A DNA stretch of 62,348 nt, counting the filler. It is 6 parts of 6 records of this genome, joined end to end, with 100 filler letters (N's around TTAATTAATTAA, not from the genome) between each part and the next. Parts side by side here need not be neighbours in the genome. Positions count along the whole stretch, not along the records: positions 1 to 11,789 come from DRR378314_1562; 5 more parts are not named here. One strand, 5' to 3'. The notes beneath the pieces are model-generated. The model made no database searches and was not told the DNA's origin. It saw only the letters and a list, made by a program, of their open reading frames with translations. A program made the translations under genes and the position numbers. Shown here in pieces: positions 1-9,705 of this stretch; the stretch's first letter is position 1, and the number at the start of each line of letters is the position of its first letter.

Positions 1-109
1 GGGACGTATTCACGGCGTTCCCGGAAGGGCCTAACACAGACCCGCGTCCCCAGCTGGAGAGAACCAGACTCAAGCTGGAAACAACCTCCCTCTAAAGCGT
101 AACGAACTT

Positions 110-123
110 TTTTGTAGTACATT
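110..123. promoter_or_regulatory. Candidate operator TTTTGTAGTACATT (palindromic core TGTAnTACA) upstream of the RHH gene
   Basis: 13/14 identical to 718-731; AT-rich motif in a GC-rich contig, about 37 bp before the ATG at 160. Confidence 0.6.
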
Positions 124-159
124 GTGGTGACTCGAACCAACAAGCCGTGACCGACCACC

Positions 160-666
160 ATGACCGACAAGCCGCGTAAAAGCCGCCGTGGAAGACGGCC
201 GGCGCCGGAGAGTGAACGCAAGGACCGGGTGATCCAGACCCGCGTGCCCCAGGACCTGGAAGACAGCCTGCGCCACGCCGCCGAGCGGGAGCGGGTGACG
301 GTGTCCCACCTGATCCGCAATGTGCTGGAAGACAGCTTCCGGCTGGTGGACGGCATCGTTGCCGATTCCTCGCAACTGGTGGACAACGTGGCCCGGGACG
401 CCCGCCGCCTCGCCTCCGCCGCCAAGGGCCAGGCCCGCGCGCCGGCCACCTTCGTGCCCGCCGACCAGGGCGGCACCGTGGCCCGCGCCCTGCTCGAGGC
501 CGTGGACGCCTGGCAGGAAGTGATCGTCAACAAGCCCACGCACTGCACCCAGTGCGGTGTCACCCTCTCCCGCGGGCAAAAGGCGCTGCGCGGACTGACC
601 ACCGAGCCCGCCGCCCCGGTGGTGTGGCTGTGCCAGGCCTGCCTCGACAAAGACCCCGCCGGGTAA
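160..666 (+). CDS. Ribbon-helix-helix DNA-binding protein with C-terminal CxxC...CxxC zinc finger
   Basis: VIQTRVPQDLEDSLRHAAERERVTVSHLIRNVLE fits the RHH strand-helix-helix pattern; CTQC and CQAC near the C-terminus. Confidence 0.7.
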   Translation: MTDKPRKSRRGRRPAPESERKDRVIQTRVPQDLEDSLRHAAERERVTVSHLIRNVLEDSFRLVDGIVADSSQLVDNVARDARRLASAAKGQARAPATFVPADQGGTVARALLEAVDAWQEVIVNKPTHCTQCGVTLSRGQKALRGLTTEPAAPVVWLCQACLDKDPAG

Positions 667-717
667 TTTTGTAACAAGTGTTCACATTACCATTGTCAGA
701 CGCCCCCTGCTGCCCTA

Positions 718-731
718 TTTTGTAATACATT
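718..731. promoter_or_regulatory. Candidate operator TTTTGTAATACATT upstream of the ABC1 kinase
   Basis: Near-identical copy of 110-123; a partial copy TTTTGTAACA lies at 667-676. Confidence 0.6.
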
Positions 732-751
732 AAATGACAAGGGGCGTCCCT

Positions 752-2437
752 ATGACCGTATCCCGGCAAGCCACCGCCACCGACACTACCGACCGTGCCG
801 ACGTCGAGAGCCACGAGCGCCACTGGCCGGCACTGAAAGCCTTCAGTGGCCACCAGCAGGACAGCGGCCTGCGCGCCTGGCTGGCGGTGATGGAAGGCAC
901 CTTGAAAGCCATTGAACGCACCGCCTGGCAGGGCCGCGAGCTGGCGCAGCAGGCCGTGTCCGCCTGGCGCGCCATCGAGAGCGGCGCCGGGGACGTGGCC
1001 GGCGAATGCCAGGAGCTGGCCCGCGAGGCGAAGCGCTGGCCCGCCCGGCTGAAACGGCTGTCGGTGACCGGCTGGATGCTCACCCGGGTGATGGCCAGTT
1101 ACCGGCTCTGGGGCACGCGTTCGGCGTTCCTGCCCTCCAGCATGCAGGAGGCGGCCCTGACCTCCCTGCACCGCAAGAACGCGCGCCGCTTCCGCAAAAC
1201 CTCCCTGGAACAGGGCGGCGCCTTCCTCAAGATCGGGCAAATCCTGTCCAGCCGCCCGGACCTGCTGCCCGCCGCCTGGGTGGAAGAACTGGCCCAGCTG
1301 CAGGACCAGGCCCGTCCGGAAACCTTTGAGGCGGTGCGCGGCGTGATCGAGCAGGAGTTCGGTGCCCCCTTGGAGCAGCTGTTCGAGCACTTTGATCCGG
1401 AACCGCTGGCCGCCGCCAGCATCGGCCAGGTGCATAAAGCCCGCTTGGCGGATGGCCGCGAGGTGGCGGTGAAAATCCAGCGCCCCGGTCTGGATGAGGT
1501 CATCGAGCTGGATATGACACTGTTAAAGGTATTCATCGACAGTGTGCGCGGCGCCCTGCCGCCGATGGATTTCGACACCATCATCGGGGAAATCCAGCGT
1601 ACCGTCCGCGACGAACTGGACTACCCGGGCGAAGCCGACGCCATGCGTCGTGTGCGCGCCCAGCTGGCGGCGCAACCGGCGGTCACCGTCCCCGCCACGG
1701 TCGACAGCCTGTGCGGGCGACGCGTGCTGACCAGCGAGTTCGTTCGCGGGCGCAAGCTCACCATGGTGCTCGACGAACACCACCAACGCGGTGATCAGGA
1801 GGCCGTCAGCGGCATCCTGCACGCCCTGCTCGACGCCTGGTTCCGTCAGGTGCTGGTGGGCGGCGTGTTCCAGGCCGACCCGCACCCGGGCAACCTGATG
1901 GTCGACGACGACGGCCGCGTGGTGGTGCTCGACTTCGGCTGCACCATGACGCTGCCGGAGGCCTACCGGCGCGGCTACTTCCGGGTGCTGCAGGCCGCCA
2001 TTGTCGGCGAACGCACGGTGATCGCGGAAACCCTGGCGGAGCTCGGCTTCGCCACCCGCAGCGGCCGCCCGGACACTCTGCTGGCGTTCACCGACGCCCT
2101 GCTCGATCAGATACGGGTGGCCATGGTGGAGACCGGCGCCGCCGGCACGCAGTGGCCCGGCCCGGAGGCACTGATGGAACAGGTGCGAGCGCTGTTGATC
2201 CGCATGGAGGACGACCCGGTGGAAAAAATACCGGCGGAGTTCGTGATGCTGGCGCGGGTGTTCGGCACCCTGGGCGGCCTGTTTCTGCATTATCAGCCGC
2301 GCCTGGACATCGGCCGTCTGGTGCTGCGTTATCTGACCATGCCGGAAACCCTCGGCGACACTCCTCGGCAGGCGGCGACACCCGAACCGCTCCCCTGGTG
2401 GCAGCGCTGGGGCCTGGTAACGCGGGCGGAGTTCTAA
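752..2437 (+). CDS. ABC1/UbiB/AarF family atypical kinase
   Basis: GGAFLKIGQ, AAASIGQVH, VAVKIQRP, ADPHPGN and LDFG motifs; RBS AAGGGG before the ATG at 752. Confidence 0.92.
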   Translation: MTVSRQATATDTTDRADVESHERHWPALKAFSGHQQDSGLRAWLAVMEGTLKAIERTAWQGRELAQQAVSAWRAIESGAGDVAGECQELAREAKRWPARLKRLSVTGWMLTRVMASYRLWGTRSAFLPSSMQEAALTSLHRKNARRFRKTSLEQGGAFLKIGQILSSRPDLLPAAWVEELAQLQDQARPETFEAVRGVIEQEFGAPLEQLFEHFDPEPLAAASIGQVHKARLADGREVAVKIQRPGLDEVIELDMTLLKVFIDSVRGALPPMDFDTIIGEIQRTVRDELDYPGEADAMRRVRAQLAAQPAVTVPATVDSLCGRRVLTSEFVRGRKLTMVLDEHHQRGDQEAVSGILHALLDAWFRQVLVGGVFQADPHPGNLMVDDDGRVVVLDFGCTMTLPEAYRRGYFRVLQAAIVGERTVIAETLAELGFATRSGRPDTLLAFTDALLDQIRVAMVETGAAGTQWPGPEALMEQVRALLIRMEDDPVEKIPAEFVMLARVFGTLGGLFLHYQPRLDIGRLVLRYLTMPETLGDTPRQAATPEPLPWWQRWGLVTRAEF

Positions 2438-3024
2438 TCCACCCAGGCGCGCTCCAGGGCCGCGCCGAGGCGCTCGTTGCCCCAGAACAGCTCGCCGTTC
2501 ACCACGAACGACGGGGCACCGAAAATATCCCGCTGGCGGGCCGCCGCCACGTCGGCGCGGGTGCGCTCGCCGCCGCCTTCCGCCAGCGCCCGGTCCAGGG
2601 GCGCGCGGTCCAGCCCGGCCTGGCGCAGGCACTCCTCGATCACCGTGGGCGTGGCCGGATCACGGCGCTCGGCGAAGCCGGCCCGGAACACCGCCCGGCA
2701 ATACGCCGGCAGCCGGAACCCGGTGTCGATCCAGGTGGCGGTTTTGGTGGCCAGGGTGCTGTTGAACGGAAAGCGCGCCGGCCGGCGCCAGGCAATGCCC
2801 AGGCGCCGGGTCTCCCGTTGGAGATCCAGCCACAGGTAGCGGCCCCGGGCCGGGTAAAGGTTGAAGGGCGAATCGGTCCAGCCCTGCTCGCTGAAAATCG
2901 GGCCCAGCAGGAACGGTTTCCAGATCACCCGCACGCCCGCCTCGGCGGCGGCCGGTTCGATGGTCTCCGCCGCCAGATAGGCGTAGGGGCTGGCGAAATC
3001 GAACCAGAATTCCAGATCCGCCAT
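2434..3024 (-). CDS. 2-hydroxychromene-2-carboxylate isomerase / DsbA-kappa GST family
   Basis: FWFDFASPYAYLA and FGAPSFVVNGELFWGNER motifs. Confidence 0.88.
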   Translation of the reverse strand: MADLEFWFDFASPYAYLAAETIEPAAAEAGVRVIWKPFLLGPIFSEQGWTDSPFNLYPARGRYLWLDLQRETRRLGIAWRRPARFPFNSTLATKTATWIDTGFRLPAYCRAVFRAGFAERRDPATPTVIEECLRQAGLDRAPLDRALAEGGGERTRADVAAARQRDIFGAPSFVVNGELFWGNERLGAALERAWVD

Positions 3025-3025
3025 A

Positions 3026-3442
3026 TCAGCGCACCGCCACGATCGCCAGGGTCACGGTGGCCTTGGCGATCAGCTTCCGGCCGCCGTTGCCGTCCTCGGC
3101 GAACACCTCGGACTCCGCCACCGTCAATGTCTTGCCCATTTTCAGCACCGTCGCCTCGCACACCAGCGCCACGCCCAGGGCCGGGCGCAGCAGATTGACC
3201 TTGAACTCGGCGGTCAACGGCATATGGCCGTCGTCGAGCAGCGTGCCACAGGCGGCGCCGGCGGTGTGATCCGCCAGGGTGCCCACCGCGCCGGCGTGCA
3301 CATAGCCGTTCTGTTGATTGAGCTCTTCGCGCACCGGCAGGCGGGACACCACCCTGCCCGGCTCGATACTGTCCACTTCCACCCCCAGCAAGCGCAAAAA
3401 CGGCGCCTGCATCAAGGTGCGCACCTGGTCCTGGTCGGCCAT
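3026..3442 (-). CDS. PaaI family hotdog thioesterase
   Basis: NQQNGYVHAG...LADH, TAEFKVNLLRP; RBS AGGGGG before the ATG at 3442. Confidence 0.88.
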   Translation of the reverse strand: MADQDQVRTLMQAPFLRLLGVEVDSIEPGRVVSRLPVREELNQQNGYVHAGAVGTLADHTAGAACGTLLDDGHMPLTAEFKVNLLRPALGVALVCEATVLKMGKTLTVAESEVFAEDGNGGRKLIAKATVTLAIVAVR

Positions 3443-3537
3443 GGCGACTATCCCCCTGTTGTTATAACCCATGCGGACAAGCGTCAAGCATTCCGCATCG
3501 GGCCGGCGTTGGCCAGCCCTCCGAAAGTACGGACCGC

Positions 3538-4929
3538 TCAGAAAAAGCCGGCACTGGCGGCGCCCGGCTGTTGCAGGGCGTCGGCGATCACATGCAGGGC
3601 CTGGCCCAGATCCTGGCGGCTGGCGGGGCCGCCCAGGCAAAGCCGCACCGCTTCCGGCGGCTTGCCGTTGACCGCGAAGGCGTCGCTGACCACCACATTG
3701 ATGCCCTGGGCGCGCAGCCGCGCGGCGAACGCCACCCGGCTCCAGGCGGGCGGCATCCGCAGCCAGACGTGGAAGGCCTCCGGGTGCGACCGGTAGTCGG
3801 CGCCGGCCAGGATCTCCGCGACCAGTTCCTGGCGCGCCTGGGACTCGCGGCGGGTCAGCGTCAGAGCCAGGTCGGCGGTGCCGTCCTGGACCCAGCAGGA
3901 CGCCAGCGCCGCGGTAATCGGCGACGCCATCACCGTGGTGGCGCGCAGGGTGACCGCCAGCCGCGAGCGCAACCGGGCCGAGGGCAACGCCAGATAGGCA
4001 ATGCGCAACCCCGCCCCCAGCGACTTGCTGAATCCGCACAGGTAATAGGTCAGTTCCGGCGCCAGCGCCGCCAACGCCGGCGGCCGGTGGCTGGGCAGCA
4101 GACCGTAGGCGTCGTCCTCGATAATCGGCAGATTATGACGGCGGGCGATCTGCACCACCCGGTGGCGGCGCTCGTCGCTCAAGGTCACCGCCGCCGGGTT
4201 AAGCAGCACCGGATTGCAGTACAGCGCCTTGGGATGATGTTCCGCGCACAGCTTCGCCAGCGCGTCCGGATCAATGCCGTCGTCGTCCAGCGGCACCCCC
4301 ACCAGGCGCAGGCCCAGCTGCCCGGCGATGGCCCGCAGCCCCGGGTAGGTCAGCGCCTCGCACAGCACCACGTCGCCGGGCCGGGCCAGGTTGCCGAGCA
4401 CCGCCAGCAAGGCGCTTTGCACCCCGGGGCACACCAGCACCCGGTCCTCGCTCACCGTCAAAGGGCGCCGCTCCAGCCAGGCCACTGCCGCTTCGCGGTC
4501 CTCCATGGAGCCGCCGAATTCCTGGTAGCGCATCAACGGCTGAAGGTCCGGCCCCAGGGCGCGCAGCCCGGCTTCCATGCGCTCGCGCAGCAGCGGGTCG
4601 CGGGGTTCCGGCGGCAGGTTCATGGTCATGTCCACCGCCCGGTCGGCGCTGGCGCTGCGGCGGCTGGCGCGGCCCGGCCGGCACACGAAGGAGCCCTGCC
4701 CGACCCGCGAATAGATCAGACCACGGCGCTGCGCCTCGCCGTAGCCCCGCGACACGGTGGCGTAGTTCAGTTGCAGGGTTTCGGCCAGATCCCGCAACGG
4801 CGGCAGGCGCTCGCCGACCCCCAGCCGGCCGGCCAGGATGTCGTCGCCGATGGCGTCGGCGATACGAATATAGACTGGCTGGCCGCTGTTCTTGAGAACC
4901 GGTCGCCAGGCCTCCTGGGAAGAGGTCAT
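3538..4929 (-). CDS. MocR/GabR-type GntR regulator (wHTH plus PLP aminotransferase-like domain)
   Basis: GERLPPLRDLA...TVSRGY HTH; IIEDDAYG and FSKSLGAGLRIAY; start could instead be 4947. Confidence 0.92.
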   Translation of the reverse strand: MTSSQEAWRPVLKNSGQPVYIRIADAIGDDILAGRLGVGERLPPLRDLAETLQLNYATVSRGYGEAQRRGLIYSRVGQGSFVCRPGRASRRSASADRAVDMTMNLPPEPRDPLLRERMEAGLRALGPDLQPLMRYQEFGGSMEDREAAVAWLERRPLTVSEDRVLVCPGVQSALLAVLGNLARPGDVVLCEALTYPGLRAIAGQLGLRLVGVPLDDDGIDPDALAKLCAEHHPKALYCNPVLLNPAAVTLSDERRHRVVQIARRHNLPIIEDDAYGLLPSHRPPALAALAPELTYYLCGFSKSLGAGLRIAYLALPSARLRSRLAVTLRATTVMASPITAALASCWVQDGTADLALTLTRRESQARQELVAEILAGADYRSHPEAFHVWLRMPPAWSRVAFAARLRAQGINVVVSDAFAVNGKPPEAVRLCLGGPASRQDLGQALHVIADALQQPGAASAGFF

Positions 4930-5124
4930 GGACTCACTCCGCGCCATGTGGCGGCGCCTTTTCGCACTGATCGGAACCACCCCGTGCACCAGTGTCGCTC
5001 ACCAGGGTGGGCGCCGCCCGGCGCTTTGATTGGTTGCCCGCCGGCCGGTGGCTCGCGGCACCACGGGATTCGCCGCCCATTGAGCCACAGCGACCGGGAC
5101 CAATCAATCATTTCATCTATTGGT

Positions 5125-5140
5125 TGGCATATTGATTGCA
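5125..5140 (+). promoter_or_regulatory. Sigma54 (-24/-12) promoter of the nit1C operon
   Basis: TGGCAT-N5-TTGCA with GG and GC separated by 10 nt, 80 bp before the nitB ATG. Confidence 0.75.
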
Positions 5141-5219
5141 ATTGAACGGTTACGGAGCGCGGCCCTGGGCGTCGCCTTCGATCAACCTCAAAAGCATCCT
5201 CAAAGCATGGGAGACGGTT

Positions 5220-5702
5220 ATGCCCACCGTAGAGAAAGCAGCGCATCAGAAAGGCGATTTTTTCGTCGACTACGAAGAAAAGGTGTTCGAGGACGTCAAG
5301 GCGGAGCCGGGGGAGAAAGCCCTGGTGACCTTCCATACCGTGGCGTTCGAAGGGTCGATCGGGCTGGTCAATATGTTGCAGGCCACGCGCTTGCAGCGCA
5401 AAGGGTTCGACACCTCGGTGCTGCTGTACGGCCCCGGTGTCACCCTGGGCGTGCAGCGTGGCTTCCCGACCCTGGGCGACGAGGCGTTCCCCGGCCATAT
5501 GGCGGTCAACAACCAGATCACCAAGTTCATGGGGGAAGGCGGCAAGGTGTACGCCTGCCGGTTCGCGCTTCAGGCGCTGTACGGCCACGGCGAGCCTTCA
5601 TTGATTGAGGGTATCAGACCAATCAATCCCCTGGACGTGCTGGACCTGGTGCTGCTGCACCGCCGGGACGGCGCCTTCATCCTCGACACCTGGACCACCT
5701 GA
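5220..5702 (+). CDS. nitB: MSMEG_0572/Sll0783 family DsrE-like protein (NitB)
   Basis: [33 protein letters not shown] signature; first gene of Nit1C; RBS GGGAG. Confidence 0.9.
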   Translation: MPTVEKAAHQKGDFFVDYEEKVFEDVKAEPGEKALVTFHTVAFEGSIGLVNMLQATRLQRKGFDTSVLLYGPGVTLGVQRGFPTLGDEAFPGHMAVNNQITKFMGEGGKVYACRFALQALYGHGEPSLIEGIRPINPLDVLDLVLLHRRDGAFILDTWTT

Positions 5703-5714
5703 GGGAGCGGCGCC

Positions 5715-6755
5715 ATGAACGAAGCCGCAACGGTACGGGCGGCGGCGGCGCAGATCGCGCCGGACCTGCGCACCCCCGGGGGCACGCTGGACAAGGTGTG
5801 CGCCACCCTCGAGGAGGCCGCCGGGCGGGGCGTGCAACTGATCGTCTTCCCGGAAACCCTGCTGCCCTACTACCCGTATTTTTCGTTCGTGCGCGCCCCG
5901 GCGTTCTCCGGCGCGGACCACCTTGCCCTCTACCAACAGGCGGTGACGGTGCCCGGCCCGGAGCTGGACCGGGTCGCCGCCCTCGCCGCCCGCCATTCGA
6001 TGGTGGTGGTGCTGGGCGTCAACGAACGGGACCGGGGCACGCTCTACAACACCCAGGTGGTGTTCGACCGCGACGGCCGCCTGCTGCTCAAGCGCCGCAA
6101 GATCACGCCCACCTACCACGAGCGCATGATCTGGGGCCAGGGCGACGCCAGCGGCCTAAAGGTGGTGGACAGCGGCGTCGGGCGCATCGGCGCGCTGGCC
6201 TGCTGGGAACACTACAACCCCCTGGCCCGCTACGCGCTGATGACCCAGCACGAGGAAATCCACTGCGCCCAGTTTCCCGGTTCCATGGTCGGCCAGGTGT
6301 TCGCCGACCAGATCGAGGCGGCGATGCGCCACCACGCCGCGGAATCCGGCTGTTTCGTGGTCAACGCCACCGGCTGGCTGGAAGACCACCAGATTGAATC
6401 GATCACCGACGACCCGGCCCAGCAAAAGGCCCTGCGCGGCGGCTGCATGACCATGATCGTGTCCCCGGAAGGCAAGGTACTGGGTGAGCCGGTCACCGAA
6501 GGCGAAGGCCTGTGCGTGGCCGACCTGGACATGGCGCTGATTCTGAAACGCAAACGGATGATGGATTCGGTGGGCCACTACGCCCGCCCGGAACTGCTCA
6601 GCCTGATGATCGACCGACGGCCGGCGGCCACCTGGCACGACGTCCCGAAACCGGACGACCAGGCGCCCACCGTGGCCACTTTCCAATCTCCGTCCGAGAG
6701 GAGCGATAGCGATGACCGCGAGCAAAGCGTTGTCCACCGAACAGCTCATCAATGA
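5715..6755 (+). CDS. nitC: Nit1C (Sll0784-type) nitrilase
   Basis: Glu-Lys-Cys triad: [32 protein letters not shown]. Confidence 0.95.
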   Translation: MNEAATVRAAAAQIAPDLRTPGGTLDKVCATLEEAAGRGVQLIVFPETLLPYYPYFSFVRAPAFSGADHLALYQQAVTVPGPELDRVAALAARHSMVVVLGVNERDRGTLYNTQVVFDRDGRLLLKRRKITPTYHERMIWGQGDASGLKVVDSGVGRIGALACWEHYNPLARYALMTQHEEIHCAQFPGSMVGQVFADQIEAAMRHHAAESGCFVVNATGWLEDHQIESITDDPAQQKALRGGCMTMIVSPEGKVLGEPVTEGEGLCVADLDMALILKRKRMMDSVGHYARPELLSLMIDRRPAATWHDVPKPDDQAPTVATFQSPSERSDSDDREQSVVHRTAHQ

Positions 6756-7857
6756 GCTGCAGACCCGTGGCGTGCGCCTGGAGAATCCCGGCCATGGCGC
6801 CCCCAGCCGGCGCGGCGGCGCCGGCCCCTCGGACCACAAGGCGATGGCGATCGACGGCCGGGTGGTGATGATCCCGGTGCACACCGCCGGCGCCGATCGG
6901 TCGCCGTACAGCCTGGGCACCGCCGGCGACGACGGCGGCGCCGCCCTGTCCCGGGAGGGCCGGGAAATCGCCCGGCTGGCGTTCACGCCGACACCGCGCT
7001 TTTACGACCTGCGCACCGACGACGGCGTGCCCTATTCGCACATCGCCACCCTGCACGGTAAGGACGTGCTCGCCACCACCGTGCTGCAAACCTGCATCCG
7101 CTATAACAACCGCAAGGTCTCCTGCCAGTTCTGCGCCATCGAGCAGTCGCTCAAGGAGGGCCGCACCATCGCCCATAAAACCCCGGCGCAACTGGCCGAG
7201 GTGGCGCGGGCGGCGGTGGCGCTGGACGGCGTCAAGCACATGGTGATGACCACCGGCACCCCCAACCTGCGGGACCGGGGCGCGCGCATCCTGTGCGACA
7301 GCGCCGCCGCCGTCACCACCGCCGTGGACCTGCCGATCCAGGCGCAATGCGAGCCGCCGGACGACCCGGCCTGGTTCCGGCGCCTGCGCGACAGCGGCGT
7401 GGCCAGCCTGGGCATGCACCTGGAAATCGCCACCCCGGCGCTGCGCGAAAAAATCATGCCCAGCAAGGCCTCGGTGAGCCTGGAGCAATACATGGACGCC
7501 TTCGCCGAAGCGGTGGCGGTGTTCGGGCGCGGCCAGGTCAGCACCTATCTGCTGGCCGGGCTTGGCGACACCCCGGAAACCACCCTGGCGCTTTGCCGGC
7601 GGTTGATCGACCTGGGCGTTTACCCGTTCGTGGTGCCGTTCGTGCCGATCTCCGGCACGCCGCTGGCGAACCACCCGTCGCCGTCGTCCGCCCACATGGC
7701 CAGCATCCTGAAACCGCTGGCGGGCATGCTGCGCGACGGCGACCTGCGTTCCCGTGACATCAAGGCCGGCTGCGGACGCTGCGGCGCCTGCTCGTCGCTG
7801 TCGACCTTCGAGGACGCCTCCGACCAGGTGCCCGCGGATCTGGAGAGCCTGTCATGA
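6712..7857 (+). CDS. nitD: MSMEG_0568 family radical SAM protein (NitD)
   Basis: [14 protein letters not shown]-x9-CQFC cluster motif; C-terminal GCGRCGAC. Confidence 0.92.
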   Translation: MTASKALSTEQLINELQTRGVRLENPGHGAPSRRGGAGPSDHKAMAIDGRVVMIPVHTAGADRSPYSLGTAGDDGGAALSREGREIARLAFTPTPRFYDLRTDDGVPYSHIATLHGKDVLATTVLQTCIRYNNRKVSCQFCAIEQSLKEGRTIAHKTPAQLAEVARAAVALDGVKHMVMTTGTPNLRDRGARILCDSAAAVTTAVDLPIQAQCEPPDDPAWFRRLRDSGVASLGMHLEIATPALREKIMPSKASVSLEQYMDAFAEAVAVFGRGQVSTYLLAGLGDTPETTLALCRRLIDLGVYPFVVPFVPISGTPLANHPSPSSAHMASILKPLAGMLRDGDLRSRDIKAGCGRCGACSSLSTFEDASDQVPADLESLS

Positions 7858-8396
7858 TCCTGGAACCGGTCACCCCGTTCCGCCCCCGGGAGTACGCCGT
7901 CAAAGTGGCGGACCAGGCCTGGGAGCAGCGCGCCGCCGCCGCGCTGCGCCGCCGCGTGTTCTGCCAGGAGCAGGGGCTGTTCCAGGACCACGACCGGGAC
8001 GCCCTGGACCAACACGCCACCATCCTGGTGGCGCTCTCCTACCTGGCGGGCGGCCCGGACGAGGTGGTCGGCACGGTGCGCATCCACAGCGACCGGCCCG
8101 GCATCTGGTACGGCTCCCGGCTGGCGGTGGCGCCGGGCTACCGGCGCGACGCCCATCTGGGCAGCGCGCTGATCCGGCTGGCCGTGGGCAGCGCCCATGC
8201 GCGCGGCTGTAACGCTTTTTTCGCCACCGTGCAGGCCGCCAACCAGGCGCTGTTCGAAAGCCTGCACTGGCGCACCCTGCGTAGTCTCGACCTGCACGGC
8301 AGGCCGCACGTGCTGATGCGCGCCGATCTGGCCCACTATCCGCCGGTGCACGGCGGCACCCTGCCGCTGGTGGCGGTGGGCAGGAGGGCCTCATGA
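7854..8396 (+). CDS. nitE: MSMEG_0567/Sll0786 family GNAT acetyltransferase (NitE)
   Basis: LRRRVFCQEQG, WYGSRLAV, LIRLAVGSAHARGC; ATGA overlap with nitD. Confidence 0.9.
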   Translation: MILEPVTPFRPREYAVKVADQAWEQRAAAALRRRVFCQEQGLFQDHDRDALDQHATILVALSYLAGGPDEVVGTVRIHSDRPGIWYGSRLAVAPGYRRDAHLGSALIRLAVGSAHARGCNAFFATVQAANQALFESLHWRTLRSLDLHGRPHVLMRADLAHYPPVHGGTLPLVAVGRRAS

Positions 8397-9415
8397 CCCT
8401 CACCGCCCTGATGGACGCCCTGCGTGACAGCCCGGCGTTCCAGCACAAGCAGGATATTGCGCCGATGCTGCGCGACCTGGAGGCCGCGCACGGCGCCGTG
8501 CCGGTGGGCGACGACTGCGCCGTCCTGGCCGACGGCGACGGCTACCTGCTGTTCGCCATTGAAGGCTTCCTCAACGGCTTCGTGGCGCGGGACCCGGATT
8601 TCGCCGGCTACTGCGGGGTGATGGTCAACGTCAGCGACATCTACGCCATGGGCGGCCGGCCCACGGCGGTGGTGGACGCGCTGTGGAGCGCCGGCGCCGA
8701 TCAGGCGGACGCGATCATGGCGGGGCTGCGCCGGGCCGCCGGCAAATACCAGGTGCCGGTGGTGGGCGGCCACAGCAACGCCCACAACGACCGGGCGCAG
8801 TTGTCGGTAGCCATTATCGGCCGCGCCAAACGCCTGCTCACCAGTTTCGATGCCCGGCCCGGCGACCATTTGATGGTGGCCTGCGACCTGCGCGGCGCCT
8901 ATCGGCCGGCCGCCCCCGGCGAACCGGACAGCCACAACTGGGACGCCAGCAGCGACGCCCCCGGCGAGCGGCTGCGCGGCGACCTGGAGCTGTTGCCGCT
9001 GATCGCCGAGCGCGGCCTGTGCCGCGCCGCCAAGGACATCAGCATGGCCAGCTTCGTGGGCACCACCCTGATGCTGCTGGAGTGCTCCGGCGTGGGCGGC
9101 CACCTGGCACTGAACGCCCTGCCCCGGCCCGCCGATGTGCCCCTGGCGCGCTGGCTGAGCACCTTCCCCAGCTACGGCTTCGTGCTGGCGGTGCCCGAGG
9201 CCCACCGCGACGCGGTCACCGGCCTGTTCCGCCAGCGCGATCTGGCGATCGCCGACGTGGGCCGGGTGCACCCCGGCCACCGTCTCACCCTCTCCCTGGA
9301 GGAAGAAGCCGGCCTGTTCTGGGACCTGGGGCGCACCCCTTTTATCGGCGCGCCCGCCCTTCAATCCGCTATTCAACCCGAGCCTGGAGCCCACCATGCC
9401 CGAAGTGCATTTTGA
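8393..9415 (+). CDS. nitF: Sll0787 family AIR-synthase/SelD-like protein (NitF)
   Basis: GDDCA, VNVSDIYAMGG, VGGHSN, AAKDISM motifs. Confidence 0.9.
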   Translation: MTLTALMDALRDSPAFQHKQDIAPMLRDLEAAHGAVPVGDDCAVLADGDGYLLFAIEGFLNGFVARDPDFAGYCGVMVNVSDIYAMGGRPTAVVDALWSAGADQADAIMAGLRRAAGKYQVPVVGGHSNAHNDRAQLSVAIIGRAKRLLTSFDARPGDHLMVACDLRGAYRPAAPGEPDSHNWDASSDAPGERLRGDLELLPLIAERGLCRAAKDISMASFVGTTLMLLECSGVGGHLALNALPRPADVPLARWLSTFPSYGFVLAVPEAHRDAVTGLFRQRDLAIADVGRVHPGHRLTLSLEEEAGLFWDLGRTPFIGAPALQSAIQPEPGAHHARSAF

Positions 9416-9680
9416 CGTCCGCTGGCCGGACCAGAGCGAAAGCCACTGTTATTCCCCTTCCACCGTGATCCACGACTATCTGCGCAGCGGCGAAGACTAC
9501 CCGCTGCCGGAATTCCTGCGCCTCAGCCGCGAGGCGCTGACCCTGGCCGCGGACCGGGTGGAACAAAAGTTCGGTTTCCGCTGCAGCAGCGCGGAAACCC
9601 AATTGCTGGCGATCGAAACCCGGGGCCGGCAGTTCGCCGGTGTCGAGGACGCCCGCGTCACCGTCACCCGCATTGGTTGA
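9396..9680 (+). CDS. nitG: MSMEG_0570 family protein (NitG)
   Basis: MPEVHFDVRWPD...CYSPS...KFGFRCS. Confidence 0.9.
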   Translation: MPEVHFDVRWPDQSESHCYSPSTVIHDYLRSGEDYPLPEFLRLSREALTLAADRVEQKFGFRCSSAETQLLAIETRGRQFAGVEDARVTVTRIG

Positions 9681-9705
9681 CACTTAATCAATGAAAGGAG
9701 CCACC

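Noticed and set aside
3461-3487. Sigma70 promoter TTGACG...TATAAC for the PaaI gene
   Set aside because: The spacer is only 15 nt; not confident enough to call.
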